Shown: positions 14,073 to 26,798 of the stretch, in pieces
Layout of the letters: each line of letters begins with the position of its first letter
How positions within the stretch are numbered: position 1 is the stretch's first letter
DNA from: Parvularia atlantis
Lineage: Eukaryota
DNA: 43,980 bases
Assembly (NCBI GenBank): GCA_943704415.1
Contig: CALSCO010000229.1
Span: 1-43,980, forward strand
Reading direction: 5' to 3'
Program-made: the position numbers and the translations under genes
Notes under the pieces: model-generated
The model's database searches: none
Seen by the model: the letters and a program-made list of their open reading frames with translations, nothing else
What the model was told of the DNA's origin: nothing

Positions 14073-15850
14073 ATGGCGGCGAGCACAACGGCGGCGGCGC
14101 GGGCGTGCGAGCACTGCGCCACGCGGCTGGGCGGCGGGCGGGCATGGCTCGCGGTGGCGCGCGCGGTCGCCCCGGTGGCGCCCGTCGCCGGCGCGCACCC
14201 TTGCGGCGTCTGTCTCGGCCTGCTCGGCGTGCCCGGCGACGGCGAGGTGCTGGAGCGCGTCGCGCGGGTCGTGCGCAGCGAGGGTTTCGACAGCCGCACG
14301 TTCAACCTCGGCCTGACCGTGCCCACAAGCGTCGTACTGCGCCAGGCGGCCATGCTCGCTCACCTTGACACGCTCGGCTGCCGGCCAACCGACGTCCTCG
14401 TCGACGTCAAGGAGGCGCTCAAGGCCCTGCTCGCCGCGCCGCTCGAGCGCGCCGTCGGCCTCGTGTACGACACGGCGGTGCGCGTGCCCGCCGCACTGCC
14501 TGCCGCGCTGCGCCTCACTGACCCCCGCGCCGCAGAGCCCGCTCACCGTCAGCCTCAGCTTCGAGCACCCGGCGTCGAGCCAGGAGCACGACTTTCTGCG
14601 GCGGCACGGCGTACGCGGCGCGGCGGCGCATGGTGCTTGCGAGGGGTCTGATACGCGCGTGCGCGCGCGCGTGTGGGTGGCAGCTGATAAAGACGGGCGT
14701 GGCCGGCGTCAAGAGCGCCGTCGAGGCCCTGCCGAGCGAGACGCTGCGCCGAGAGATCGCGTGCCCGCCCGAGCCGCCGTCCGCGCCCGCGCACCTCGCC
14801 AAGATCGAGATCCGCCGCGAGCCTGTCTACCTTGCCGGCATGCCGCGCTGGTCGCGAGCGCACGCTGCACGCCGCTCACACGCTCGCGGGTGGCAGGACG
14901 CTACAACAAGCTCTCGCGCGCTCTCAGCCAGACCGAGTGGGTCGTGCAGGACAAGGGGCGCATGACGGCGACGTCGGTCGAGGAGCTGATCAAGGAGCCG
15001 TGCAAGCAGGCCATGCACGCGGACGGTGCATGCGCTGCGTGCGACCGTGCGCACGCTCAACCGGACGCCGCGCAGACTGCGTCTTCCAGTCGTCGGGCCG
15101 CGAGGACATGGACGTGCGCATGCTCGGCAGCGGGCGCCCGTTCGCCTTTGAGGTCGTCAACGCGCGCGTCAGCACCCTGGCCGAGCCGGCGCTGGCGGCG
15201 CTGCAGCGGCAGATCAACGAGGCGGCGGCGGGGCTCGTGCGTGTGCGCGACCTGCAGCTTGTCGACAAGTGCGCTGCCCGCCGCTGCCGGGCACGCCGCT
15301 GACTCGTGGCCCGCGCGCCGCAGGGCCGACATGCAGACGCTCCGCGAGGGCGAGAGCACTAAGCAGAAGACGTACCGCTGCGTCGTCTGGTGTGACCGCG
15401 ACCTGACGCCGGCCGACGCCGACCTGCTCGAGCGCCAGAAGGACCTCGTGGTGGAGCAGGCGACGCCCGTGCGCGTGCTGCACCGGTTCGTGTTTGGCGC
15501 GTGCACGTGCTGCGCGGTGCTGACGACGTGCACGCGTACGGCAGACGCACGAGCAGCACGCGCACGCGCCTCATCCACAGCATGCGCGCCGAGGTCGTCA
15601 ACCAGCGCTTCCTGCTGCTCGAGATGACGACGCAGGCGCGCGCGGGTCGCACATGGCCGCGCGGCCGCGCGGCTGACTCGCCCGACCCGAGCAGGCGGGC
15701 ACGTACGTCAAGGAGTTTGTGCACGGCGACTTTGGGCGGACGCAGCCCAACATCGGCAGCCTGCTCGGGTGTGGCGCCGACATCCTCCAGCTGGACGTGC
15801 TCGAGGTGCACCTGGACTGGCCGGGGCGCGTGGCCGGGCGGGACGAGTGA
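14073..15850 (+). CDS. PUS10: tRNA pseudouridine synthase Pus10
   Basis: N-terminal CxxC...CxxCLG zinc site, GRYNKLSRALSQTEW, FQSSGREDMDVRMLGSGRPF (catalytic Asp), QATPVRVLHRR, TQAGTYVKEFVHGDFGRT. Confidence 0.95.
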
Positions 15851-15866
15851 GGGCGCCAGTTGCGTC

Positions 15867-16999
15867 ATGCTGTGGCGGCGCCGGTTGCACAACCTTCTTC
15901 CGCGCGTGATGGCCACGATGGAGATCGCCGGGCCGCACGGCGTGCGCCTGCACGTGCGCTCGGTCGCGGGCGAGGAGACGTGCGTGGTCGCGACGATCGA
16001 CGGTCTCACGCTCGCGGTCGACATGGGCTGCGTGCCGGACGCGGCGCGCCGGGCCGAGCACGTCTTCGTCACGCACACACACATCGACCACTACCACGGC
16101 GTGACAAAGCACGCGGCGCTGCGCCGGCTCGGCCGCACCGCGGAACCGGCCACCTACGTCTGCGCGCCGGCGGCCGCGCGGCTGCTCGGGCGGGCCTTCG
16201 CGCTGGCCGAGGAGATGCAGGCGAGCGAGCTGCCGCACCGCGTCGCCGAGCTCGAGCCTGGCGGTGCGCCTCGCGCGTCGACGTCGCCTCCTCGCGCGTG
16301 CTGACTGGGGCGCGCATCGGCAGACGAGCTCGCGCTGCGGCAGGGTGTCACCGCGCGCGCCTTCGCGACCGTGCACCGCGTGCCGTCGCAGGGGTACCTG
16401 TTCACGAAGCGCGTCTCGCGGCTGCTGCCCGAGCTAGTCGGCCGGCCCGGCCAGGAGATCGCGGCGATGCGGCGGGTGCGCTGCGCTGCGGCCCCCACCG
16501 TCGACGCGGCTCACGCTAAGTGCCGTCGCAGAGCGGCGCCGAGATCCACCAGTTCGAGGACGTGCTGCTGCTGTGCGTCACGGGCGACACGACGGCCGAG
16601 GCGCTCGACCGCCACCCCGAGTGCTACGACGCCAAGGGGCGGCCGCCCTCGCGCACACGCACGGCTGTGCTGACAAGTGCGTGCGTGCGCGCGAGCAGAT
16701 CCTCGTGGTCGAGTGCACGTTCGTCAGCGACGACTACAGCCCTGAGCGCGCGCACGAGAAGGGCCACACCCACCTCGACGATCTGGCGCGGCGCGCCGAC
16801 AGGTTCCGCAACGAGATGGTCGTGCTCATGGTGCGGCCGGCGTCGTGCACAGCCCTGGGCTCACTCGCGCACCGCGGCCGGCCGGCCGCAGCACTTCTCC
16901 GCGCGGCACAGCGCCGAGCAGATTCGCGAGGCCGTGCGCGCCAAGCTGCCCGAGGTGCTGTGGGCGCGCTGCGTCGTCGTGGCCGACGGGCACGGGTAA
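15867..16999 (+). CDS. Short-form tRNase Z-like metallo-beta-lactamase, TM (Thermotoga/plant) type
   Basis: RSVAGEETCV, DMG, FVTHTHIDH, TVHRVPSQGY, short arm RLLPELVGRPGQEIAAMR, TGDT, VECTF, GHTHL, HFSARH. The Arg-rich N-terminus MLWRRRLHNLLPRV may be a transit peptide; later ATGs are alternative starts. Confidence 0.82.
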
Positions 17000-17172
17000 C
17001 TGTGTGTCCGTTCGACCATGACACACCGGCACGCACACGACACACAGACACACACTCTGACGCACTTCGTTTGGGGGCTGGTGGAGGGACGGAATGGTAA
17101 GGCCGGCACGGTCACTGACCACAGACGCAACAACAGACGTTAAATCGCGAGATCGAGCACGTGCGCGGCCGT

Positions 17173-17860
17173 TTACACGTCCTCGAGCGAGCGGAGCCTG
17201 CGTGCCGGGGCACAGCGTGAGCACGCGGGCGCGGCGCGCACGCGCCAGGAAGCACGCACGTGTCGTCGAGCTCCTTCTTGACCTTGGCCAGCTCAGCCGC
17301 CTTCTCCTCCAGCTCGGCCTCGAGGTCGTCGCGCTCCTTCTCCTGCAGACATGCGCGCGCGAGCGTCTGTGAGCCAGGCGGGCGAAGGCGTGGCATGGCC
17401 GGCCGGCCGTGCGCACCAGCGACTTGCACTTGCGCTCAAACTGCTCCGACTTGACGTCTGACGCGCGCAGCTTCTCGGTCGTCACCCGGAGCGAATCCTC
17501 GGCCGTGTCGAGGTCCGACTCGAGCAGGGCGATCTTGCGCTGGAGCGACTCGAGGTCGCGCGACTTGCCCTCGTTAGCGTTGGCGGTGGTCTTGTGCGTC
17601 TGGATGAGCTCCTCGGCCCGGTCGAGGTCCTGTGCTAGCGTCAGCCCCCGACGGCAGGCTGCGCGCACGCGACGCAGGCGCACCTGCTCCAGCAGCATGA
17701 TCTTGTTCTTGAGCGACTGGATCTCGTTGTCCTTGTTGCGCAGCTGGTTGTCCATCTCCTTGACCTTGGCCTCGGCCACCTCGGCGCGCTCCTGCGCCTT
17801 CTCGGCGTCGATGCGCAGCGCATCCATCTTCTCCTTGATCTTGTTGGTCGCGCTGGCCAT
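17173..17860 (-). CDS. TPM: Tropomyosin, short fungal-type (~165 aa)
   Basis: MASATNKIKEKMDALRIDAEKAQERAE...KDNEIQSLKNKIMLLEQ|DLDRAEE...LQRKIALLESDLD...TTEKLRASDVKSEQFERK...KKELDDTLRSLEDV; continuous heptads. Confidence 0.9.
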
Positions 17861-18308
17861 CTCTGCGGCTTGCTGAGCGGAGGGGTCGGAGTCGGGGGGC
17901 GACGAAGACGACCTGTCGCGCGGCCGCGGAAATCTCTCCGTCAAACGAGGCAATCACGCGCCACGTGCGTCCGACCCCGTCGACTGGTTCCGCCCCGCCG
18001 CGCCCCGCCGCACGTCCATCACGCGCCCCCGTCACTGCACCGCGACCGCGCCTTGAGGGGCGGCGCGGTTGCGGAACGAAGCGCGAGAGAAAAAAGAAGA
18101 GCGAAAAAAAGGAATCACGTCGACGGGCGTGTGAACCGCGCGCTGCCACGGCCGCCGCCGCTGCACGCCGCGCCCCGCGTTCGCCGCGCGCAGGCCGCGC
18201 GCACAGCAGCCCGACCGCGCGCCGCACGCCCGCCGACGTGCGGCACAAGCGAAGCGCCCAGCGAGAGCGAGGACCAGAAATGCAGGCTGTCGAGGGGCAC
18301 GGATCTGC

Positions 18309-18349
18309 TGACGTCACGCGCGACGATTGGCCGGCAAGTGCAGCCAATC
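18309..18349. promoter_or_regulatory. CRE palindrome plus inverted CCAAT pair upstream of KNL1
   Basis: TGACGTCA at 18309-18316, GATTGG at 18325-18330, CCAATC at 18344-18349. Confidence 0.45.
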
Positions 18350-18421
18350 AGCGCGCGGCCGTTACGGTTCCACTTCTCGTTGCGCGCCAACTCGACCCCG
18401 CCCGCGCCACCTCTTCGTGCC

Positions 18422-21400
18422 ATGGACGCCGCCGACGCGCCCGGCAGCGCCGTCCGCACCGCGCTCGCGCCCGTGCACGCGAGCACCACCGCGTGCGTGC
18501 ACTGCGCTCTGGGCGTGCGCGCGAGCTCACGGACGCATGTGTAGCCGCAAGACCAACAAGCCGCGCCAGTCGATCGGCCCGCGCCGCGTCTCGTTCGCGG
18601 CGCAGACCAAAGTCCGGTGCGCGCCGCCGTGCCCCCCCGGCTGCTCCCGGCTGCGCTGACGTCGCGAATGGGGAAAAAAAATATTAATTCGCAGCCTTTT
18701 CGACAAGGAAAACTGGCAGAACTCGTCCGTCGCCGACTCGCTCCGCCCGCTCGTGGCCAAGGCCGGCGCCTCGCCCGACACGCCCGACACGCCCGCGCAG
18801 CCCGTGCAGCTGCCGACCCTCTCGCCGGGCCTGCAGACGGCGGTGCCGGCCACGCCGGCCGACGAAGGCGAGCCGATGGACGTCGTGGGCGACAGCGACG
18901 ACGACAACGACGACGACGAGGACGGCGCGCAGGACGACGACGCCGCGCGCGAGTTTGACGCCGAGCAGCGCAAGCGCCTGTCGTTCAGCGGCGCCGAGTT
19001 TGCGGCCGAGCCCGCGGCGCCCGTGATGCCCGCGCCCACGAGCGCCGACATCGATCTGCTCACGTTCGCCTCACCCGCACCCGCCACGAGCAGCACCCTC
19101 AAGCGCCAGAGCATCGCGATGGACGCGAGCCCCGCACCCGCGCCTGCGCACGACTCGCGCCTGTCGTTCGGCGGCCTGCTGCTTGAGAGCCGCCGCGCGT
19201 CGTTCGCGCCCGGTGCCGCCACCGAGGCCAGCAAGCGCCCGCGCCTGTCGATGGGCGTCGACATGGACATGACGCAGACGGTCGGCGCGGCGGTGACGGA
19301 CCCGGACGCGCTGCTCGACCTCAACAACATCGACGTGGGCGTGCCCGTGGACGAGGACGAGGACACCTACGTCAACGACGAGGACAACGACGACAACGCC
19401 GCGGGCGACGACCTCGACCTCACCGACATGCAGGGCGGCGTTGTCGCAGCGGCCGTCATTGCACTCGCCAGCCAGACCGTGCCCGCGCCCGCGCCGGCTC
19501 CTGCCGACGACATCGACCTGACCGAGATGCTCGGCGGCGTCGTCCAGGCGGCCGTGGCTGCGGCTGCCGAGGCCGACGTGAGCGCGCCCGTCGAGTACAC
19601 GCAGATGGTCGGCCGCGTCATCGTCGAGGCCGAGACGTTTGACGGACTTGAGCTGACGCCCGTGCGCGGCGCGGCGCCTCTCCCTGCCGGCGACGACGAC
19701 AGCCTCGAGTATACCAAGATGCTTGGCGCGCCCGTCGCGAGCATGCCTCCGACGCCTGCGCCTGCCACGCATGCACCCGCCACGCCTGCGGGTGTGACGG
19801 CGGAGGACGGCCTCGAGTACACCAAGATGCTTGGATCGCAGACGCCGATCCCAAGCGTGCCCGCCACGCCTGTCGCTACGACGCCCGCGCCCGCCACGCC
19901 CGCAGCTGCGATTGAGGACAAAAGTCTCGAGTACACCCAGATGGTCGGAGCGCACACGCCCGTCGCGAGCGTTCCCGCCACGCCGGCTCACCAGGACGAG
20001 AGCCTCGAGTACACCAAGATGGTCGGCCGCTCCTCTGACGCCGCGTCGGTGCAGAGCGATCCCGCCAGCGCGCCCATGACGCCCGCGACACCGGCACTCC
20101 CCGCGAGCACGGACGACATGGAGCTCTCGCCGATCGTCCAGCAGTTCGAGGCAAGCGCCGGCGAGGCGCAGCTCCCCGTCGACGTGCCTGCACCTGTCGA
20201 AGTCGAGCTGTCCGTCGAGATCAAGCTTCCAGTCGAGGCCAATCTGCCGCTCGTACCGGCCACGCCCATCGCGCTGCCGCTCGCTCCGGCCACACCTGTC
20301 GCGCCGTCGCCTGCCGCTCCGGCCGAGGATGCCCATGCGCCGACAGACGAGGACGACGCCATGGACGTGGACCAGCCGCAGGTCGCCGCGCCGCAGCCGC
20401 CCACACCCAAAAGCGCCCTACGTGTCCTCTCGGCCGCGCTCTCCCCCGGTGCGCAGCGTAGAGTCATGCCGGGCGCCTTGCAGACTGATGTCGCGCATGC
20501 AGCGTCGCCGCTCACGCTCGAGAACCTGACCGAGCGCCTCAGCCGCCTCTCCAAGACGCCTGTGGCCGCGCGCCTGTCGTCGCTCACGTTCCCGTCGGCG
20601 TCCTCGCTTGCCCTCCCGCCGCCGCCGCTCGCGGCCATCGCTGCGTCGCTGCCCGCCGTGCCGGAGCCGGTTACGGCCGTGCCGACGCCGCAGCTGCAGG
20701 TGCGCCCGCGTGGCTGCAGCGTGCAGATTGGTGCTAAGCACGGGTTCCCCAGGCGTTCCTCGAGGCGAGCGGCGTGCGCTTCTGGGACGACGCGCCGACG
20801 TCGACGCGCCGCGAGACTCTGCTGCCGCCCGCGTTTGGTGCATTACATCGGCTGTAAATCGACACGAGCCGCGCTAACGCTGCACCGCAGCCGCGCAGCC
20901 GCTCGAGAGCCTCGACCAGTACGCCGTGGCCGCGTGTATCACGGCGCCCGAGCGTGACATGCTCAAGCACGTGCGTGGCAGCACGGCAATGGGGTGCTGT
21001 TTTGGGCCGCTGACGCGCGTCGCGGCAGGGCTGCGAGATTCTCATGGGCGCTGCGGGCGAGTCGCGCGAGGCCATTGCCGGACTCGAGAACGCGCTCAAC
21101 ACGTACCCGCCGTCGATCTTTGCCGCCGTGCTCAACTCGGCCGACGAGCACGCGATGGTGCGCTCGCGAGCGCCGTGCTTGCAAGAACAGATCAGGCGTC
21201 TGACGGGCGCCGCAACAGCAACGCGTCAAGAACGCTAAGACCGTTGCGCGGCTGCACGCGCGCCAGGCGTGGTATATGTGGCGCACCAAGCTTGTGACGT
21301 CGCTCGGCAACGACATCGAGACGGCCGCGGCCGAGATGCAGCGCGTCAAGACGGACCTTGACGGCTTTACCGCGCGCATGGACGCGATCGACGCGCAGCT

Positions 21401-22636
21401 CGCGAGCCAGGCCAAGCAGCTGCAGCAGCGCCGCGAGGCGATCGCGACGCGCAAGGCGGCGGCCGAGACGTCGGCGCGTGAGGCTGAGGAGCGGCGGCAC
21501 AAGGCCGCCGAGGCGCGCGCGGAGCAGTGTGCGTGCCGGCGCTGCTTGCGCATGCCGCGCACTGAGCCGGCCCCGCCAGTGCGCCTGCACGCGGCCCGCA
21601 AGGCGCAGATGGAGGAGCAGGCGGCCGCCGAGGCACACGCGGCCTGGGAGGTGGCCAAGCGCCAGGCCGAGCTCGCGGCGATCAAGCACAGCCCCAGCGA
21701 CGTTGACGCCGCCAAGGGTGCGCACGGTGCGCCTTCGCGAACCGCGCAAGACGCTGACGCGCAGGTGAGCACAGCTCTGCTGCAGAACGCGTACGAGCAG
21801 GTCGCGTGGCGTGTGGTGCACGTCGGTTCGAAGCGCGTGGAGGTGCGTCGCGCGCCGCCGAGGCCCGCGAGTCAGTGGCGCTGACGGTGCGCGGCAGGTC
21901 TCGTTCGAGGACCGCCTGAGCGTCGAGCTCGTGCACACGGGCGCGACGGGCAGCCTGATCATCTCGCCTGTGCTGCAGGCGCTGCCGAACGGCGAGGTGC
22001 GTGGTTGCTTCGCGGCCACTCAAGCGGAACTGACACACGGCGCGCCAGTCGTCGGACGTGTTCCACCTGCTGGCGGGCGCGGCGGCCATGTCGCGCGCGC
22101 GGACGCCGTTCTCGCTGGGCGTGCTCAAGAGCGCGCTGAACGAGATCTCGCCGCTGGTCGCGAGCCTGCACGAGCTCGAGCGCGAGGTCGCGGTCATGGG
22201 CAAGTTCTTCGAGACGCGCTGCAGCACAGGCGCGGCGGCGACGGGCGAACGCGCGCCGTGGGTGCGTTTCGGGCGTTGCGCTAGCTTCGCGTGCTGACGG
22301 CGGCGGCGGCGGTGGCAGGTCGTCGTGAGCACGCGCGTGGCCAACGGCGCGCACGGTGCCGTCACGCTGCGCTTCCGCTTCGTGCACACGGACGTGTACC
22401 CGCAAGGCACGCTCAACGTGACGATGCTCAAGCACTTTGGGCAGATCAGGTTCGTCGTGCTGCTGTAGCGGCGTCTCGCTCACACGCGCCGGCGCACCCA
22501 CGACAGCGAGCGCGAGCTGGCCGACGCCGTGTGCCGCACGCGCGAGGGCCCGCACCGCCTGCTGCGCATCTGCGACGAGGTGCACCGCCTGCTGGCCGCC
22601 GCGTCGCCCCAGAGAGCGCTCGTCGTTATGCAGTAG
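18422..22636 (+). CDS. KNL1: Outer kinetochore scaffold KNL1/Spc105/Spc7
   Basis: N-terminal RRVSF (PP1-binding RVxF) at ~18582-18596; long disordered region with MELT-like repeats (MDMT, LDLT, IDLT, VEYT, LELT, LEYT x4, MELS); LQAFLEASGVRFWD start of the Spc7 domain; ARQAWYMWR coiled coil; RWD-like C-terminus. TAG at 22634-22636. Confidence 0.85.
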
Positions 22637-22653
22637 TTGCGCCACCGGTTGTC

Positions 22654-25600
22654 ATGGAGACCGAACTGATCGCGCTCGGCTTCGAGGCGGCCGACGTGGC
22701 GCGCGCGGTGGCGGCCGGCCCCGCGACGCTGGACGACGCCGTGACGCTGTGCGTGTGGCGCACTCGCACTGCCCTGCTCGCGGCAGGCCCGATGCGGCGG
22801 CGGGCGGGGCGCGGCAGACACCGGGTGCTGACAACGTCACCGCCAAATGCACAGCATCCTCGCGATGCGCGAGGCCGACGCCGCGCCGCCGACGCTGCCC
22901 GCCGCTGACGCGCGGCTCGTGCTGCGGCCGTCCGCTGCGCCCGCCGTGCCGGCCGATGCGCCGCGCAGCCGGTTCGACGCCTTCCCCGACCGCGAGCGCG
23001 CCATCGCCGAGGTGGAGGAGAGCGAGCGCCAGGAGATGATCCGCAAGGCGCGCGCGCGCAAGCAGCTGCAGGAGGAGGTCTGCGCGGGGGGCGAGCCGCT
23101 GTGCGCAGCGCTCACGCGGGGCGGCGCGACGCAGGAGAAGCGCCGCGTGCTGCGCGAGATCGAGGAGGACCGCAACGCACGCAAGAACCGCAGGGCTGGC
23201 GCCACCGCCGCACCAGCGCCACCCGCTGCACCCGCTGCTGCTGCTGCTGCTGCTGCTGCGCCCGTCCCCGCGCCCGTGCCGACGTTGGACGCGGCCAAGA
23301 CGACGATCCAGGCGCGTCACGGGCGGCCTGGCGATCGGCCGTCGCGCTGATCGTAAGTGGGAGCGACGCAGGTCCGCCTCAGCACCGGCCGCGCCGTGCG
23401 TCACACGCTCGACGCCGACGCGCCGCTCGCTGCGCTCGTGGGCCTCGTGCGCGCGGACGGCGAGCCTGCACGCGACTTCTTCTTCGTGCAGGTGCGGACG
23501 GGCCTGCGCCTGACGAGCGATGACGCGCGCTGACAGACACTCCCGCCGCACAGCCGCCGCAGGTCTCGTACGAGTATGCGCCGCCGGACGCGACGCTACG
23601 CTCGCAGGGCACGTGCGCACTGCTGCTTGTCGCGGCGAAGGCTGAGCGCACGCGGCGCCACACACAGGCCTCGTGCCGACGGCGTCGCTCAACGTCCGCG
23701 CGCGTGTGACGCCCGTGCAGCACGCGCCTGCACCGCCGCCGCCGGTCGTCCACGACCCCACGGACGAGGTCGAGCCAGACGAAGATGTGGACAACGACGA
23801 CGGCGACGGCGAGGATGCGATGGACACGCAGCCCGCCCTGCAGCCTACGCCGGAGCTGCCCGGGATGCTAGTGCTGCCGGGGATGCCGCCCACGCCGCTA
23901 CAGCCGCCGACGGGCGTGCATTTGATGCCGCGCACCGCCGGCAACGTCCTCGGCGGCAGCGTCGGCGGTCCGAGCCGCGCGGCGCTCGCGGAGGCCGCGC
24001 TGCGGTGCGTCGCGCGCTGCCGGTGTGCCGAGACTGACGCACGCACGCCAGCCGCCTCGCGCACGCTGCCGAGGAACCAATGGACGCGTCGCCCGCGCCT
24101 GCCGCGGCCGTGGAGCCGGCGCACTCCACCGAGCCGGTGGCCGTGTCGCCTGAGTTACCCATGCGGCAGGCGGGCAACCCCGAGCGCCTGGCCGCCGCGC
24201 TGCACCGCCAGCACGTGCCGATGGACAGAGCGGCCGCGGGTGCAGGCGCAGGTGCGGGTGCGGCTGCGGCGACGTCGCCGGCCGAGCAGCGCTCGATGCA
24301 CCAGTGGCAGCGCCGCGTGCGCTGCCTCGAGTCGCTCGCCCTGGATGTCGTGTGCAGTACGTTTGCCGCGCGAGGCCACGCTTGCCGATTCTCACGCGCC
24401 GGTGCAGACCTCGTGTGCGACCGGAAGAACGGCCCGCAGCCGCGCGCGCTCAAGGCGCTCGGGCCCGACGTTGGCGCGCTCATCGTGCACCAGCTCGCGA
24501 GCACGGGCCGGCTGGACAACTTCACGATGACCAAGCTCGCGCTGAGGTGCGGGGCGTCGGTGGAGTGGCAGTGCATACGACACTCACGGCCACGCGCACA
24601 TTGCAGCTGCCCCGCACAGCTCAAGCTGGACTCTTACAAGTTTGCGACCAACCTGCTGTTGCGCGGCATCGGCCGGCTCAAGTTCTTGCGCTCGCTGTCG
24701 CTGCGCGAGTCGCCATACATCACGGATGAGGGCCTGAGCGAGCTCGCCGGTGCGCAGCGCTGCCGCGCAGCCTGCTCAGCCGCGCTGACGCGGCGTGTGC
24801 GCGCTACAGGCCTTAGGAACCTGTCGATGCTCGACCTGTCCATGTGCAAGCTCACGACCAAGTGTGTGCCGTTCCTGCTGGGTGCGGCCGCGGCTCTGCG
24901 TGGTGTGTGTTGACCGCTCACGCCGCAGGCTTCACCAAGCTTGAGCAGCTCGGCCTGCGCCGCACCAAGATCGACGACGACTGTGTTGCCGAGATTGTGC
25001 GGGTGCGCCTCCTGCGTGTCACATGGAGTAGTGCCGACGCCGCGCGCAGAGCATGCCGATGCTGCGCTCGCTCGACATCAGCCAGTGCGCCAAGATCACG
25101 TCGACGGCGCTGTTCTACCTCAAGAACCTGCCGCAGCTGAGCGTGCTCGCGCTCGACGAGACGGGCGTGGGCGATCTGACCGAGCTGCGCTTCTTCCGCG
25201 GTGCGTCTGCGTGGCCCCCTGGCTCACGGCGCGCGCGCGCTTGCTGACCCGCTCCACCAGCGCTGCGGTCGCTCTCGGTCGCGCGCAACCGCATTGTGGG
25301 CGACACGTTCCACAACCTCACGCGCTGCCACACGATCGAGCACCTCGACCTGAGCGGCACGGCCGTGCCCGAGGAGGACCTGGTCGCCGTGCGCAGTGAG
25401 CCGCGCCTGGCAGCCGCTCCGTGCGCCATGTGCTGAGTGCGCCTCGCGCAGACCTGCCCAAGCTCAACTGGCTCGGCTTCCCGGACCGCGAGATGATGAT
25501 CGACCCGCTGCTGGCGTACTTTGGCGGTGCACGCGCGCAGCCGATGCGTGAGCACTGCTGACTTCGCGTTGCGCGCAGCTCTGCGCTGGCAGACGCTCGA

Positions 25601-26759
25601 CCTGGGCGGCTTTGCGCAGCTGACGGACGCGGGTGTGGGCCATCTGACGGGCATGAAGACGACGTGCGCGCCACCACGCATGCTGCCTGCGCCGGTGCTC
25701 ACAGCGCGCCCCAGCATCCGCGTGCTCACGCTCAGCGGCACGCGCGTCAGCAACACGTCCATGCCGCTCATCGCCCGTGCGCGTCAAGCGCGTTGCCGCG
25801 CTGCGCAGCCGACTAAGCGTGCGCCTCGCCGCGCAGAGATGTCGAACCTGCGCGAGCTCAACCTGGACCGCCTGACCGTCGACGACGTCGGCGGCAAGGC
25901 GCTCTGCGGTGCGCCTACGCGCGCCCCAAGGAGCCAGCTTGGAGCGCGGCTGACGGCTGTTGTGCGCAGCCCTGCCGATCCTCGAGGCGCTGTCGATGGC
26001 CGAGACGCGCATCACGGACGTCTTCCTCATCAGCCTCGCGCGCTCGCCCTCGCGCCAGACGCTACGCCGCCTCAATTTTATGAAGACGGCGCTGACGGAC
26101 GACGGCATGCCGCTGTTTCGCGGTGCGCACTCGCGGCGGCGGTGCTGTGCGCGCTAACGCCGCCGCAGACTTCACCGCGCTGACGCAACTCAACCTCGAC
26201 TACACCGAGGTGTCACGCGGCGCGCTGCACCAGCTGAGCGGTGCCGTCGCCCGCGGCGCGCTTGCTGACTGCAGCCCTGACACACGATGCCGCAGAGCTG
26301 CCGCAGCTGCAGCCCGTGCGCCTGTTCAAGTCGGTGGAGCGGGCGCCGGGCGCGCTGCACGCGCGCTTTGGCGTGCAGCGCCTGTTTCCCGCGCGCGGCG
26401 GCCAGCGCCTGGTATGTTTGCACGCGGGAGAGACTTCGCGCCGGCTGACGTGCGCACACGCGCAGCGCGGCGGTCCTGCAGGCGATGCCGCGCAGCCGCA
26501 GCCGCAGCACCTGCACGGCCCGGCAGACGACGACGACGACGCGGACGATGACCACGGCGCGCCAGCCGCCGGCGAGGAGGACGAGGAGAACGACGACGAC
26601 GACGACGACAACGACGGCGCCCCGATGCAGCCGCCTCCGCCGGGCTTTGCGCGGGGCCTGGACATGCGCCGGATGACCCCACGTGACGCGTACCGTCCGC
26701 GGCACTTTGCGGGCGCGGGCAACCGGCTCGGCAGCGCAAACGAGCCGCCGGCGCAGTGA
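22654..26759 (+). CDS. UBA - coiled coil - UBX - leucine-rich repeats - SHP box protein (putative p97/Cdc48 adaptor)
   Basis: METELIALGFEAADVARAV (UBA); KRRVLREIEEDRNARK (UBXN1-like coil); TTIQVRLSTGRAVRHTL...TLRSQGLVPTASLNV (UBX); many LxxLxLxxxxIT repeats; C-terminal FAGAGNRLG (SHP). No stop found along the hand-spliced path. Confidence 0.75.
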
Positions 26760-26798
26760 GCCGGCGCAGTGAGCCGCGTCACTTTGTGTCTCTGCTGA

